From Pirellula staleyi DSM 6068 (lineage in GTDB: Bacteria; Planctomycetota; Planctomycetia; Pirellulales; Pirellulaceae), in assembly GCA_000025185.1 (NCBI GenBank), contig CP001848.1, positions 1,890,001 to 1,922,000 of the forward strand: 32,000 nucleotides of DNA, read 5' to 3'. The notes beneath the pieces are model-generated. The model worked only from the letters and a program-made list of their open reading frames with translations. It made no database searches and was not told the DNA's origin. Each line of letters opens with the position of its first letter. Position 1 is the stretch's first letter. Of the stretch, positions 1 to 9,332 are shown in pieces. The position numbers and the translations under genes were made by a program.

Positions 1-418
1 GTGGAACGGGCGATGATGGGCAACGATAGGTGGCTAGGAACAAGTTGTTCACGATCGGCATGTTGGTGGCATTGGTGTAGCCACTGTTGTTGCCATCGAG
101 AATCCACTTGCTGAAGATCGTGTCCTGCTCGATGAAAGGGAGCAGATAAACCTTCCACGAACTTCCCCAGCCACCACCAGCAGCAGTGGTGCCAAAGGGA
201 GATTGGTCGCGGGCACATCCTGGCGGAAAACGCAGCATCACGTCGTGATGGTTGTGCATGGCCAGACTGAGGTTCTTGAGATTGTTGAGGCACGACGAAC
301 GACGTGCGGCTTCGCGAGCTGCTTGCACAGCAGGGAGCAGCAAAGCGACGAGCACACCAATGATCGCGATGACGACGAGTAGCTCGACGAGCGTAAAACC
401 AGACCTTCGGACAGACAT
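1..418 (-). CDS. DUF1559 / H-X9-DG family pseudopilin-like protein with a prepilin-type N-terminal cleavage/methylation motif. The C-terminal part lies beyond the window edge.
   Basis: My own translation from the ATG at 416-418. It is absent from the ORF track because there is no stop inside the window. It reads [67 protein letters not shown]...[21 protein letters not shown]. The G|FTLVE prepilin motif and the [26 protein letters not shown] signature are typical of planctomycetal DUF1559 proteins. AGGAGAAGG lies immediately upstream of the ATG. Confidence 0.9.
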   Translation of the reverse strand, partial: MSVRRSGFTLVELLVVIAIIGVLVALLLPAVQAAREAARRSSCLNNLKNLSLAMHNHHDVMLRFPPGCARDQSPFGTTAAGGGWGSSWKVYLLPFIEQDTIFSKWILDGNNSGYTNATNMPIVNNLFLATYRCPSSPVP

Positions 419-1254
419 GCGCCTTCTCCTGACAAGAATGATTAAGAATGAATGCAAACCTATCGATTCGCGCGGTCGGTCGTTCCGAAAACCGCCGCAA
501 CGATGACAGCCAGGCGATGCAGCTTGCTCGAGAACCGAGCGGCAACTGCAAGTAAGGTCTCGAATGAGACCTAGCTATTTAGCCAATATCGACCGACAAA
601 GTTTCGGTGCGATGCACAAATTTAGGCACAATCTTCGCGAAATACGATACTGAATTTTGCTGGAAAATCGACTTTGATGACCGGCAAGGCCATGAAGCTC
701 CCCACTAGAATGACATAGAAATCCCGCGATTTCTTTTCGACAGTTTTGTCTTGACTTTGTGGGCCAAAACGAACGACCACACGCCGATTTTCGCGAATGT
801 CAGCTGCGCTTGTCTCGCACCCGTCTACTCCGCTGCAGACCCTCCTTGCAGCACAGCTTGTGTATCAAGCTGTCCAGCTCCGCGGCTAACATCCCTTAGC
901 TGCGTCGCTTCATTAGAGGGATCAGGGCATCGATCAGAACCGATCACCATCGTTTCGCCGATCGCTCTCTCGCGTCACAAGATGCTATCGCGCTTGCAGA
1001 GATCGATGCTGATATCAGATGCTCGCCACCCGCGAGCTGAATTGCGTGGCCCTCGAAGCGTTCTCTTTAACGCTCTAGCGTGAATCGTACGGGAGCGCCT
1101 TTTTTGGGGTGGGACGAAATCGGCTGTGCAGCGACAGCAGCAATAGGACTCGCGCCGGACTGAACGAGCCGCTGACAGCCTGGGCGACTGAGCCTGCCCC
1201 GCGTGGTTTCGATCGACAGCAGCGAATAAAGCATCCACGGAAAAAGCAGCTACG

Positions 1255-1290
1255 AAAAAAGCCTTGCCGCAACGCATGTCACGGCAAGGC
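1255..1290 (-). terminator. Rho-independent terminator downstream of tRNA-Val
   Basis: On the minus strand there is a perfect 9-bp stem, GCCTTGCCG (1290-1282) pairing with CGGCAAGGC (1269-1261), with a 12-nt loop. A T6 run (1260-1255) follows. The stem starts 9 nt after the tRNA 3' end. Confidence 0.8.
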
Positions 1291-1298
1291 TTGAAGAG

Positions 1299-1372
1299 TG
1301 GGCGATACTGGACTCGAACCAGCGACCTCCACGATGTCAACGTGGCGCTCTAACCAACTGAGCTAACCGCCC
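1299..1372 (-). tRNA. tRNA-Val, anticodon GAC
   Basis: The minus strand reads GGGCGGTTAGCTCAGTTGGTTAGAGCGCCACGTTGACATCGTGGAGGTCGCTGGTTCGAGTCCAGTATCGCCCA (74 nt). It has a 7-bp acceptor stem (one G-T pair), a D arm GCTC/GAGC, an anticodon stem CCACG/CGTGG with loop TTGACAT, and a T arm GCTGG-TTCGAGT-CCAGT. The 3' CCA is not encoded. Confidence 0.95.
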
Positions 1373-1846
1373 GATCTGTAGGACTGAAAAACGTTTGACA
1401 GTGCGGCGGCAGGCGAGCCTGATCCGCTGCGTGCTACTTTTTTAACGATCAGCGAGTACCGTTCAAGGTTCGCTAAACGGGCAAAGCAGTTGTTGCCCAT
1501 TCGTTTCTCAGCAGCCTTGTATTTTGGGCCAGGGGAGCGGAAGTTCAAGAGGGCTGACAGCCGGGAAGCGAAGTTTTTTGCCCAGCGACGAGTCTGCGGG
1601 GCACAATTGTGCCGCTTTGGCCTGACTTTCCGCGTCGGGCTGGCCCCAAGTCCCAGCCGAACCTGATCTTGCCGCTGGGCTCTCTTGTTCTACACTTGAC
1701 ACTCCTTGCCCGCTGGGAACCTTTCTGGCGTCCTTTGTACCGACGCCTCCCTCGGCAAGTAAAACCTCAAAAGTGCCCGGCTTGTGTGCGGCCTTCTCTG
1801 TTCGTAAGGCCAATAGCCAAAGCACTTTAGGAAGCGATTTGCGATC

Positions 1847-3847
1847 ATGCTCAAGGTAGTTCTGCCCGACGGTTCGAGTAAAGAGTTTCCGGGCTCGGTC
1901 ACCCCCCTCGAAGTTGCTGGTTCGATCGGAGCCCGACTCGCCAAAGCGACGCTGGCAGCCGATGTCGACGGCAAAGTGGTTGGCGTCGACACGAAATTGC
2001 CCGAATCGGGCGAAGTGAAAGTTCGGCTCCTCACCCGCAAAGACCCCGAAGCGCTCGGCGTGATGCGGCACTCCGCAGCCCACGTCATGGCGCGGGCGGT
2101 GATGCGGCTGCATCAGGGGGTTCAGCTGGCGTTCGGCCCGACGGTCGAAGGTGGCTTCTACTACGATTTCCAGTTGCCCAAACCTCTAAGCGAAGAAGAT
2201 TTTCCCGCGATCGAAGCGGAGATGAAGAAGATCGTCGCCAAGGACGAGCCGTTCGAGCGGATGGATGTCGATCGGAGCGAAGCGCTGGCGATGTGCGAAG
2301 GGTTGGCGCAGCACTACAAGGTCGAGCACATCTCGACCGGTCTGGCCGAGCATCCGTCGCTCTCGTTTTATCGCCAAGGGGAGTTCCTCGATCTTTGCCG
2401 AGGACCTCACGTCCCGTCGGCTGGCGCGATCGGCGCATTCAAACTGCTGTCGCTCGCTGGTGCGTACTGGAAAGGTGATTCCAACAACGCTCAGCTACAG
2501 CGGCTCTATGCCACCGCCTTCTTCACGCAAGAAGAGCTCGATGAACATCTTCGCAAAATCGAAGAAGCGAAGCGTCGCGATCATCGCCTGCTCGGCAAGC
2601 AACTCGACCTGTTTACGATCAATCCGTTGGTGGGCTCGGGGCTGATTCTTTGGCTCCCCAAGGGGGCGACGATTCGTGGCTTGCTCGAATCGTTTGTGCG
2701 CGAGGAACTGATTCGCCGCGGCTATCAAACGGTCTACACGCCACACATCGGCAAGGTCGATTTGTATCGCACCAGCGGACACTTTCCGTACTATGCCGAC
2801 AGCATGTTCCCTCCCTTCGTCACGAAGGAAGAAGAGGAGTACTTGCTCAAGCCGATGAACTGCCCGCATCACATCATGATCTATAAGAGCAAGCCGCGAT
2901 CGTATCGCGAATTGCCTTTGCGACTCGCTGAGTTCGGCACCGTGCATCGCTACGAAAAATCGGGTCAGCTGTCGGGCATGACGCGCGTGCGCGGCTTCAC
3001 GCAAGACGATGCGCACATCTTCTGCACCGATGAACAAGTTCCCGGCGAGTTCGAAGGCTGCATCGAGATGACGCAGTTTGTTCTGAAGTCGCTTGGACTC
3101 GACAACTACCGCGTGCGACTCGGCTTCCGCGACCCAAAGAGCGATAAGTACGTCGGCAGCGAAGAGCTGTGGAATCGTGCCCAAGGGGCGCTCGTCGAAG
3201 TTTGCACGCGGCTGGGAATCGAGTACACCGCCGAAGAAGGGGAAGCTGCTTTCTACGGTCCCAAGGCCGACTTCGTGGTCACCGATTGCATCGGTCGCGA
3301 ATGGCAACTCGGTACGGTGCAGCTCGACTACAACTTGCCAAGCGCCGAACGGTTCGACCTCGAGTATGTCGGTGCCGATAACAAGATTCATCGTCCGGTG
3401 ATGATCCACCGCGCTCCGCTCGGTTCGATGGAACGCTTCATCGGCGTGCTGATCGAACACTTTGCGGGCGCGTTTCCACTCTGGCTGGCTCCTGAGCAAG
3501 CACGCGTGGTGACCGTGAGCGAGAAGAGCGAGGCCTACGGCCGCGAGGTCGAAGAGAAGCTTCGTTCGGCTGGTTTCCGCGTCAGTGGCGACTATCGTAG
3601 CGAAAAGCTAGGTGCCAAGATTCGCGACGCTCAGCTCGAATTGATTCCGTACATGTTCGTCGTTGGCCCGCGCGATGCTGAACAAGGAACGGTGTCACTT
3701 CGCGATCGACTCGACGGCGATCTCGGTGCCCTCTCATTGGCTGATGCGATGCAGCGACTCTCCGATGAAGTCGCCGAGCGCAAGGTTCGCAAAACCTTCA
3801 GCGGTTCTGCTGGCCTCGAAGCGAAAGCCGAAGCCAACGAGTACTAA
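1847..3847 (+). CDS. thrS: Threonine--tRNA ligase (threonyl-tRNA synthetase)
   Basis: 666-aa ORF. It has an N-terminal TGS-like start ([14 protein letters not shown]...), the editing-domain HSAAHVMA motif, a class II core ([15 protein letters not shown]-type [25 protein letters not shown]) and a C-terminal anticodon-binding region. Length and order match bacterial ThrRS. Confidence 0.97.
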   Translation: MLKVVLPDGSSKEFPGSVTPLEVAGSIGARLAKATLAADVDGKVVGVDTKLPESGEVKVRLLTRKDPEALGVMRHSAAHVMARAVMRLHQGVQLAFGPTVEGGFYYDFQLPKPLSEEDFPAIEAEMKKIVAKDEPFERMDVDRSEALAMCEGLAQHYKVEHISTGLAEHPSLSFYRQGEFLDLCRGPHVPSAGAIGAFKLLSLAGAYWKGDSNNAQLQRLYATAFFTQEELDEHLRKIEEAKRRDHRLLGKQLDLFTINPLVGSGLILWLPKGATIRGLLESFVREELIRRGYQTVYTPHIGKVDLYRTSGHFPYYADSMFPPFVTKEEEEYLLKPMNCPHHIMIYKSKPRSYRELPLRLAEFGTVHRYEKSGQLSGMTRVRGFTQDDAHIFCTDEQVPGEFEGCIEMTQFVLKSLGLDNYRVRLGFRDPKSDKYVGSEELWNRAQGALVEVCTRLGIEYTAEEGEAAFYGPKADFVVTDCIGREWQLGTVQLDYNLPSAERFDLEYVGADNKIHRPVMIHRAPLGSMERFIGVLIEHFAGAFPLWLAPEQARVVTVSEKSEAYGREVEEKLRSAGFRVSGDYRSEKLGAKIRDAQLELIPYMFVVGPRDAEQGTVSLRDRLDGDLGALSLADAMQRLSDEVAERKVRKTFSGSAGLEAKAEANEY

Positions 3848-3898
3848 ACTCGCGCCGTCCCCATCGCTCACTTTGTGAGACCCGGTCAACCTCAGTAG

Positions 3899-3919
3899 CC
3901 CGGCCCGTTTGTGGCCGGG
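3899..3919 (+). terminator. GC-rich hairpin downstream of thrS, a possible terminator lacking a U-tract
   Basis: CCCGGCC (3899-3905), a 7-nt loop, then GGCCGGG (3913-3919). It begins about 50 nt after the thrS stop. No T-run follows. Confidence 0.4.
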
Positions 3920-3970
3920 TGCCATTTGATTGGGCGCCACGTTGTGGGCGCCATTGGTTCGGATGGATGC

Positions 3971-4064
<94 letters not shown>

Positions 4065-4116
4065 CAGCGAATTCACGAAATCACGCGGGTTTCATCTCGA
4101 AGCAACTTCGGTGCTG

Positions 4117-5178
4117 TTACTGCTTATCGATCAGCTCTCTTTGCAAGAATTCGCCGGCGGTTTGCCAAGCGTCGGCAGCGGCAGCGAAGTCGACCTGTTG
4201 CCACTTTAGCGGCGGAGCATCGGCGGCAAGAAACTTCTCGAGCACGAGGGACTTCTTCTTCGCCGCGGGATGTAGCGGAAACTGCGCGCTCTCACCAATG
4301 GCAAGCTGATCCTCGATCTCGGGGGTGAGGAGATAGTCGATCAACTCTTTGGCAATCGCTTGCTGCGGGCTGTTCTTGATCAAGCAAAGCGTGTTGGGTA
4401 CCAGCAGTGTGCCCTCTTCGTTCTCGTCTTGATCGGGGAAAACGATATCGATATCGCGGCCGCGCAGATGCTCGACCCACGCATCGTCGGTATCGGTGAG
4501 ACCCCAGGCGAGATCGCCACGGCCGACCGCTTCTGCCACTTGCTTGTTGCCCGAGAGCATCGCGGCATTCTTCTTGGCATTGAGGAAGAATTCCTTAGCA
4601 AACGACTCGCCAGCGGTTGCGAACAAAACAGCAGCTTGTGTCGCGGTCGTACCAAAAATCGGACGCGCAAAACCACACTTTCCTTGCCAGCGAATATCGT
4701 CAGCAATTTGATAAAACGAAGTTGGATAGTCGCTCTTCGCGGGGATCAGTTTTTTATTGATGATCAGCACGCGCGCTCGTGCAGCAAAACCATGCCACGT
4801 ATGATTGGCGGCTTGATACTGGGCTGGAAACTCAGCGGCGCGCTTCGGAGTGTAGGGCTCGAGCAAGCCTGCTTTTTCCAGACGAATCGAGTGCAGGATT
4901 TCGTTGTTCCAAAACAGATCGCAGCGCGGGTGCTTGGCCTGCTGCATGATCTCGGTCACAAGGCCGACCGTCTTCGTCGATTCAAGATCGTACTTCGGCA
5001 GTACGCTTTTTCCCGATGCAGCGGCGAACTGCTGCAGGATCGGATCAGAGAACTCCCGATCGAGCGCGGCGTATACCACGGCTGCTGCCTCGCTACCGCC
5101 AAAACATCCCCCGAGCGTCGCTGTGGTGAGCGCCGTTCCTGCCAGCAGGAAATCGCGTCGACTGAGAGAGGGCATCAT
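4117..5178 (-). CDS. ABC-transporter periplasmic substrate-binding protein, Fe(3+)-type (FbpA/AfuA-like). Predicted Tat-signal lipoprotein.
   Basis: This is the 353-aa C-terminal part of the 559-aa track ORF. It starts MMPSLSRRDFLLAGTALTTATLGGCFGG, which gives a twin-arginine motif plus an LGGC lipobox. The body (VVYAALDREF..., DLFWNNEILH, GFAARARVLIINKKL, GLTDTDDAW) resembles family-1 iron(III)-binding proteins. Its ATG overlaps the upstream stop (ATGA). Confidence 0.8.
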   Translation of the reverse strand: MMPSLSRRDFLLAGTALTTATLGGCFGGSEAAAVVYAALDREFSDPILQQFAAASGKSVLPKYDLESTKTVGLVTEIMQQAKHPRCDLFWNNEILHSIRLEKAGLLEPYTPKRAAEFPAQYQAANHTWHGFAARARVLIINKKLIPAKSDYPTSFYQIADDIRWQGKCGFARPIFGTTATQAAVLFATAGESFAKEFFLNAKKNAAMLSGNKQVAEAVGRGDLAWGLTDTDDAWVEHLRGRDIDIVFPDQDENEEGTLLVPNTLCLIKNSPQQAIAKELIDYLLTPEIEDQLAIGESAQFPLHPAAKKKSLVLEKFLAADAPPLKWQQVDFAAAADAWQTAGEFLQRELIDKQ

Positions 5179-5741
5179 GGCGCGGGCTCCTGAGGCGCAG
5201 CTGTTGCCGCACTCTGAGGGGGAGGATTTTTGGGGGCGATCAGTTCGAGCCGAATGATCATCAGCAGCAGCACGAGTGCGACGATCAGCTGGGCATATCC
5301 GAGCGAGCGTTCTCCCGGCATCGCTTGAAAGCGCGAGCGTCGCCAGCGCTCGAAGGCAGCCACCGCTGCACTTGCCGCCAGACTGATCGCCAGGGGAATC
5401 ATCATGCTGGCAATGCCGCGCGCAAAGAGCTGCGAAGGTGCGCCACGCAGTGCGTTTTCGAAAATCGACAGTGCGATTCCCAAGTTGGCGGTGACCATCA
5501 ACACGGCATCGCGCGCGGTGGTGGCTTTCGAAGTGCGTCGCAAATGCCACACCAGCGGAACGATCGCCGCAATCGCCGCTGTCACCAGGATCGACGTCGT
5601 ACTGAAGTTGTCGAGCAGCGCGGGAGCCAATCGCGGACGATCCAAGAGCCCCCAGATTGCGGCCAAAATGCCGATCGCTAGCAGCAGTGCCGCCGCGAGA
5701 TGCGACGTCGAGGTGGGTGGCGGTGAATCGCTGGAACTCAT
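5175..5741 (-). CDS. Hypothetical integral membrane protein with about 5 hydrophobic segments and a Pro-rich C-terminal tail
   Basis: The ORF 5175-5789 starts at a TTG, and I prefer the in-frame ATG at 5741 (MSSSDSPPPTS...). Repeated hydrophobic stretches include LAAALLLAIGILAAIWGL, ILVTAAIAAIVPLVW and YAQLIVALVLLLMIIRL. A 4-nt ATGA overlap with the downstream gene supports real translation. I recognise no family. Confidence 0.55.
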   Translation of the reverse strand: MSSSDSPPPTSTSHLAAALLLAIGILAAIWGLLDRPRLAPALLDNFSTTSILVTAAIAAIVPLVWHLRRTSKATTARDAVLMVTANLGIALSIFENALRGAPSQLFARGIASMMIPLAISLAASAAVAAFERWRRSRFQAMPGERSLGYAQLIVALVLLLMIIRLELIAPKNPPPQSAATAAPQEPAP

Positions 5742-5922
5742 GCGCCGAGACTTCAGAAAAGGAGAGGAAAAACGAGTGCGACCAAGCAAGCAGCATCGCG
5801 AGATTGCGGAATCACCTATATTTCTTCGAGCGAGAGTAGGATACTAGGTAGTGCGCCCCCTCGATAGATCGTGTACCCCGACTTCGCGTCTTCATACCTA
5901 TTCAGCCCTGTTTCGAGCGAAC

Positions 5923-7491
5923 ATGAAACTCGTGAGTGACATTTCTCGATGGCCTCTGCGGATCGGGTGGCTCGCGCTGCTGCTTGCCACGGCCAGCTGT
6001 GGTAGCGATGGGGTGCGCGAGCAAACAGCCTCTACACCTCCACGCACTGCCGCGCCGCGGAGCTCCGAGAATAGTCCCCCCTTGGTTCGCCCCGCCACCG
6101 ACGCGCAGGCCACCCCCTTGGTGCCAGCAGCAGAGACAATCCCGGCGAGCCAGCTCCCCGCGAACCAGCCTCCGGCAGAGGAGCGACCCGCCAGCGAGCC
6201 GAAACGCGTGGGGCTCGCCGATTTGGTGGAAGAAGGAAAGCGGCGCGAATTCGAACTCGCGCCGATCGATGAAGCGCGCGCAAAGGCAGCCGGGCTACGC
6301 AAAATCACTGGCCAGCATTTGGAACTTTGGACCGATTTGCCAGTCGAGAATCGTGCTGTCGATGCGCTCCCGGCGAATCTCGACCTGGCTGTCCAGCAGT
6401 TCGCTCAGTACTTCGGTCTCGATGCCGCACAGGTCGACGCTTGGCGGGTGCGCGGGTTTCTCATTGGCCAGCGCGGGCCCTTTGAAGCAGTCGATCTGTT
6501 GCCACCGACGCTCCCTGATTTCAAAAACGGTTTCGCGCGCGGCAGCGAGTTTTGGCTCTACGATCAACCAAGCGACTACTATCGCCAGCATCTGCTGTTT
6601 CACGAAGCGGTGCACGTGCTGATGAATCGTCTTCTCGGTGGAAGTGGTCCCCCATGGTACATGGAAGGGGTGGCTGAGTTCTTGGCAACCCATCGCACGA
6701 TCGATGGGAAAATCGTCACGGCGGCGATGCCTCAGCATCGAGACGAAGTGCCACTCTGGGGACGAACCAAAATCATTCGCGATGGTTTTGCCGAAGGGAA
6801 AGGGATGACGCTCGAGCAGATTTTTCGCTACGACGGATCGGCGCACCTGCGTAACGAACCGTATGGCTGGTGCTGGGGAGCTGCTGCGTTCCTCGATGCT
6901 CATCCACTGACGCAAGCCAAGTTCCGCAAGCTGAAAAGCGACACCACGAACCGTACGCTCGAATTCTCAGAACAGCTCGAGCAAAGTTTAGCGAGCGATT
7001 GGCCCGTGATCGCCACCGATTGGCAGCTGTTTGTGATCGACTGCGACTATGGCTACGACTTCGCGAGGTCGGCGATTGTGGTGCGCGATGCTGTCGATCT
7101 GCCGGCGGATGGAGCCACTGTGATCGTCGCAGCTGATCGGAGTTTTCAGTCGAGTGGCTATCGCCTGGAAGCTGGCAAGTCGTACGAGATCACTGCCACC
7201 GGCACGTTTCAGGTGAAGCGAGAAGCAGCAGTGGCGGTGATGAGCGAGCCCGATGGTATTACGCTTGAGTACCATCGCCAGCAGCCGCTGGGACGACTTA
7301 GCTGTGCGGTTGCCGATCTCCCGGGAAGTTTGGGGGGCGTAACACCGCTGGCCGACGAGCAAGTGGTAGGGCGCCAATGTATCTACACACCCAAAAGCAG
7401 CGGACCAGTCTATTTTCGGATCAATGAAGCGTCGTCGGGGCTGGCCGATAATCGGGGCGAACTCTCCGTCACGATCAAGCTGGCTAACTAG
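5923..7491 (+). CDS. Secreted lipoprotein with an HExxH motif (putative metallopeptidase-like, possibly DUF1570-type) and a C-terminal beta-sandwich/lectin-like region
   Basis: The ATG at 5923 gives MKLVSDISRWPLRIGWLALLLATASCGSDG, a signal peptide with lipobox LATASC. A Pro/Ala/Ser-rich linker follows. HEAVH lies at nt 6601-6615 within YYRQHLLFHEAVHVLMNRL. The C-terminus (YEITATGTFQV...GPVYFRINEASSGLADNRGELSVTIKL) resembles PA-IL/LecA-like sandwich domains. The family names are from memory. Confidence 0.6.
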   Translation: MKLVSDISRWPLRIGWLALLLATASCGSDGVREQTASTPPRTAAPRSSENSPPLVRPATDAQATPLVPAAETIPASQLPANQPPAEERPASEPKRVGLADLVEEGKRREFELAPIDEARAKAAGLRKITGQHLELWTDLPVENRAVDALPANLDLAVQQFAQYFGLDAAQVDAWRVRGFLIGQRGPFEAVDLLPPTLPDFKNGFARGSEFWLYDQPSDYYRQHLLFHEAVHVLMNRLLGGSGPPWYMEGVAEFLATHRTIDGKIVTAAMPQHRDEVPLWGRTKIIRDGFAEGKGMTLEQIFRYDGSAHLRNEPYGWCWGAAAFLDAHPLTQAKFRKLKSDTTNRTLEFSEQLEQSLASDWPVIATDWQLFVIDCDYGYDFARSAIVVRDAVDLPADGATVIVAADRSFQSSGYRLEAGKSYEITATGTFQVKREAAVAVMSEPDGITLEYHRQQPLGRLSCAVADLPGSLGGVTPLADEQVVGRQCIYTPKSSGPVYFRINEASSGLADNRGELSVTIKLAN

Positions 7492-7718
7492 AACGCGTCG
7501 CACTTTTGGGTAGTGGCTCTTTCGTCAATTTTCGCCAGGATTAACGGCGTCAAGCACGATTGTGGGCCAGCCTCAATGCTTGCTCGGAGGCTTAGTTTCT
7601 TCGAGATTCTGCTAAGATTTCCGGGCTCGATGGTAGTCACGGCGCGCTGGGTGTTTTAGTCTTGAGCGATCGCACCTGTGCGGATTGAACTCATAGCTAT
7701 TGGGGATAAGCGAGCGAC

Positions 7719-8279
7719 ATGGAGCCTGCGGCCAATCGAAAAAAGAGCAAGCGATTTGATTCGCCCGAGCAGGAAGCTTATCTGCACATGTGGCGGACTT
7801 ACGACCGCCTCAAGGCGATCGAAGAAGAGTTGTTTGGCCGCTATGAGTTGTCGGCTCAGCAGTACAACACGCTCCGGTTGCTGCGAAGTGTTTATCCTGG
7901 CAGCGTCCCGACGCTGGCGATTGGTGCTCAGCTGATTTCGCGAGCTCCCGACATGACCCGGATGGTCGACAAGCTCGAGCAGCGCGGCCTCGTCGCCCGC
8001 ACTCGTCGGAGCGACAATCGCCGAGTCGTCGAGGTGGCCGTTACCGAACAGGGACTTGCGCTGCTGGAGGAACTCGATCAGCCGGTCCGCGATTGCCACG
8101 CCAAGCAGTTGGGGCATCTGACAGCCGAGGATCTCCAGCAATTGGTGCGGCTGATGGAGATTGCTCGCCGTCCGCACGAAGACCCGGAGCATCCGTGGCT
8201 CTCGCCCAAGCAGGAAACTGCGAAAAACGAGGCCGGGAAGTCTGGTTCACTCCCGCCCGATGCCACGAAGTTGCCGTAG
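7719..8279 (+). CDS. MarR-family transcriptional regulator
   Basis: 186 aa. The winged-helix core reads LSAQQYNTLRLLRSVYPGSVPTLAIGAQLISRAPDMTRMVDKLEQRGLVARTRRSDNRRVVEVAVTEQG, which is the typical MarR pattern (wing R..D.R). Confidence 0.85.
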   Translation: MEPAANRKKSKRFDSPEQEAYLHMWRTYDRLKAIEEELFGRYELSAQQYNTLRLLRSVYPGSVPTLAIGAQLISRAPDMTRMVDKLEQRGLVARTRRSDNRRVVEVAVTEQGLALLEELDQPVRDCHAKQLGHLTAEDLQQLVRLMEIARRPHEDPEHPWLSPKQETAKNEAGKSGSLPPDATKLP

Positions 8280-8342
8280 TTTCACGGCGCGAGCTTCGTG
8301 GTGCTTGATGTTAACCGATGGCCGCTCGACTTTTTCGGCCCG

Positions 8343-9332
8343 TTATCGAGGGAGCTTATCGATGGCCGCGCTGTGGTGCAGCGCTTCGATCTCAGCATCT
8401 GTGAGTGCACGATTGAAGACCGCGAGTCCTGCGAATTTACCCTTCATCGCTTCTCCCAAAAAACTCCCGACCGCGTAGCGGGCTCCCACGGTGAAATCGG
8501 CTCCACCACCGGGCTTCGTTTCCTTGTGTAGCTTTTCGTCGTACTGAAAAATGCCCCGGCCGTGATAGTAGGGATTCATGCCACGGTCTTTCCCGTTGGG
8601 GCCTTCGAGGGTGAAGTAGCGGTCGGTTCGTTTATCTTTTTGGGGGTCGAGTGGCCGCTCTTCCAACGTGCCGTTGAAGTAGGCGCGGATGTACTTGCCA
8701 TCGTAGGTGAAGGCGAGGGTGACCCATTCTCGCTCGGGAACTTCGCTGCGCGAGGCGGCATAGTCAGCGCACCACGGGAAAGCCGATCCATCGGCGCGGC
8801 GCGTCACGCCACCTTCCGCCGAGATATGAGGGGTCAACTGCCTCGAGCCGCCGTAGGTCGGCATGTTCAGCAGCATCGAGTATTGCCTCGTTCCGGTGTC
8901 GTCGTTGGCCCCTTTCCCTTCGCTCCAAATGCCCGCAATCGTGACCCCTCGCTTCATCTCTTCCAATTCAATCACAGCGAACATGCTCACCTGCGCCTCT
9001 TTGCCGCCGATATTGAGGCTCCTCAGATCTTGGTGCGGGAGCTTGAAATAGTGCTTGCCATCGAGCTTCACGCTGTAGCCCGAATAGCTTCCCCCAGCGA
9101 TGCGCTCGATCGGTCCCCCCACTTCTTCAAGCGGATGCTCGTCGGTCGTTCCCGTGGAAAGTCGCTTAGTCCCCGGTTCTTCCGCGAAGGTCCAGAAACC
9201 GACGAGTCCAGGTGTTTTCTGAACAACCTGAGGATCGCCGACAGGCTCAGCGGCGAGCAGCGTGGCGGAAACGAGCGGGAGCACGAGCGCTGCAAGCAGC
9301 GTGGCGCCGAGCGCCGAGAGTGGAATACGCAT
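8343..9332 (-). CDS. Secreted LamG / concanavalin-A-like lectin domain protein
   Basis: Start chosen at the ATG at 9332, giving MRIPLSALGATLLAALVLPLVSATLLAAEP (signal peptide). The C-terminal GEAMKGKFAGLAVFNRALTDAEIEAL matches the characteristic LamG_3 ending (f.G.id.v.if.raLs..Ei..L). LVGFWTFAEEPG lies near the N-terminus. Confidence 0.7.
   Translation of the reverse strand: MRIPLSALGATLLAALVLPLVSATLLAAEPVGDPQVVQKTPGLVGFWTFAEEPGTKRLSTGTTDEHPLEEVGGPIERIAGGSYSGYSVKLDGKHYFKLPHQDLRSLNIGGKEAQVSMFAVIELEEMKRGVTIAGIWSEGKGANDDTGTRQYSMLLNMPTYGGSRQLTPHISAEGGVTRRADGSAFPWCADYAASRSEVPEREWVTLAFTYDGKYIRAYFNGTLEERPLDPQKDKRTDRYFTLEGPNGKDRGMNPYYHGRGIFQYDEKLHKETKPGGGADFTVGARYAVGSFLGEAMKGKFAGLAVFNRALTDAEIEALHHSAAIDKLPR

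Noticed and set aside
751-1340. ORFs 751-1083 (plus strand), 975-1340 (minus strand), 1075-1272 (minus strand) and 1109-1294 (plus strand) in the spacer next to the tRNA.
   Set aside because: They are low-complexity Cys/Ser/Arg-rich translations with no start context. One runs through the tRNA-Val gene and its terminator.
1373-1846. A T-box leader or tRNA-like operator upstream of thrS.
   Set aside because: I could not find the conserved T-box sequence, a specifier-loop arrangement, or an obvious tRNA-Thr anticodon-arm mimic. Only generic hairpins and a palindrome are present, and these are reported separately at low interest.
2495-3499. A long antisense ORF (334 aa) inside thrS. Similar long antisense or out-of-frame ORFs occur inside other genes: 8562-9518, 9965-10807, 12238-12948, 15773-16336, 17312-18172, 18869-19990, 22578-23585, 23809-24699, 26082-27410, 29737-30699 and 30754-31992.
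   Set aside because: Stop-codon scarcity on the opposite strand of high-GC genes produces such ORFs. Their translations are Arg/Gly/Ala/His-rich without motifs, while the sense-strand products carry unambiguous family signatures.
5179-5796. The 206-codon N-terminal extension of the binding-protein ORF (track ORF 4117-5796, 559 aa).
   Set aside because: The extension is Arg/Gly/Ser/Cys-rich nonsense-like sequence. It overlaps, in another frame, a membrane protein ORF with clean hydrophobic periodicity. The internal MMPSLSRRDFLL... start gives a proper Tat-lipoprotein signal and an ATGA coupling overlap.
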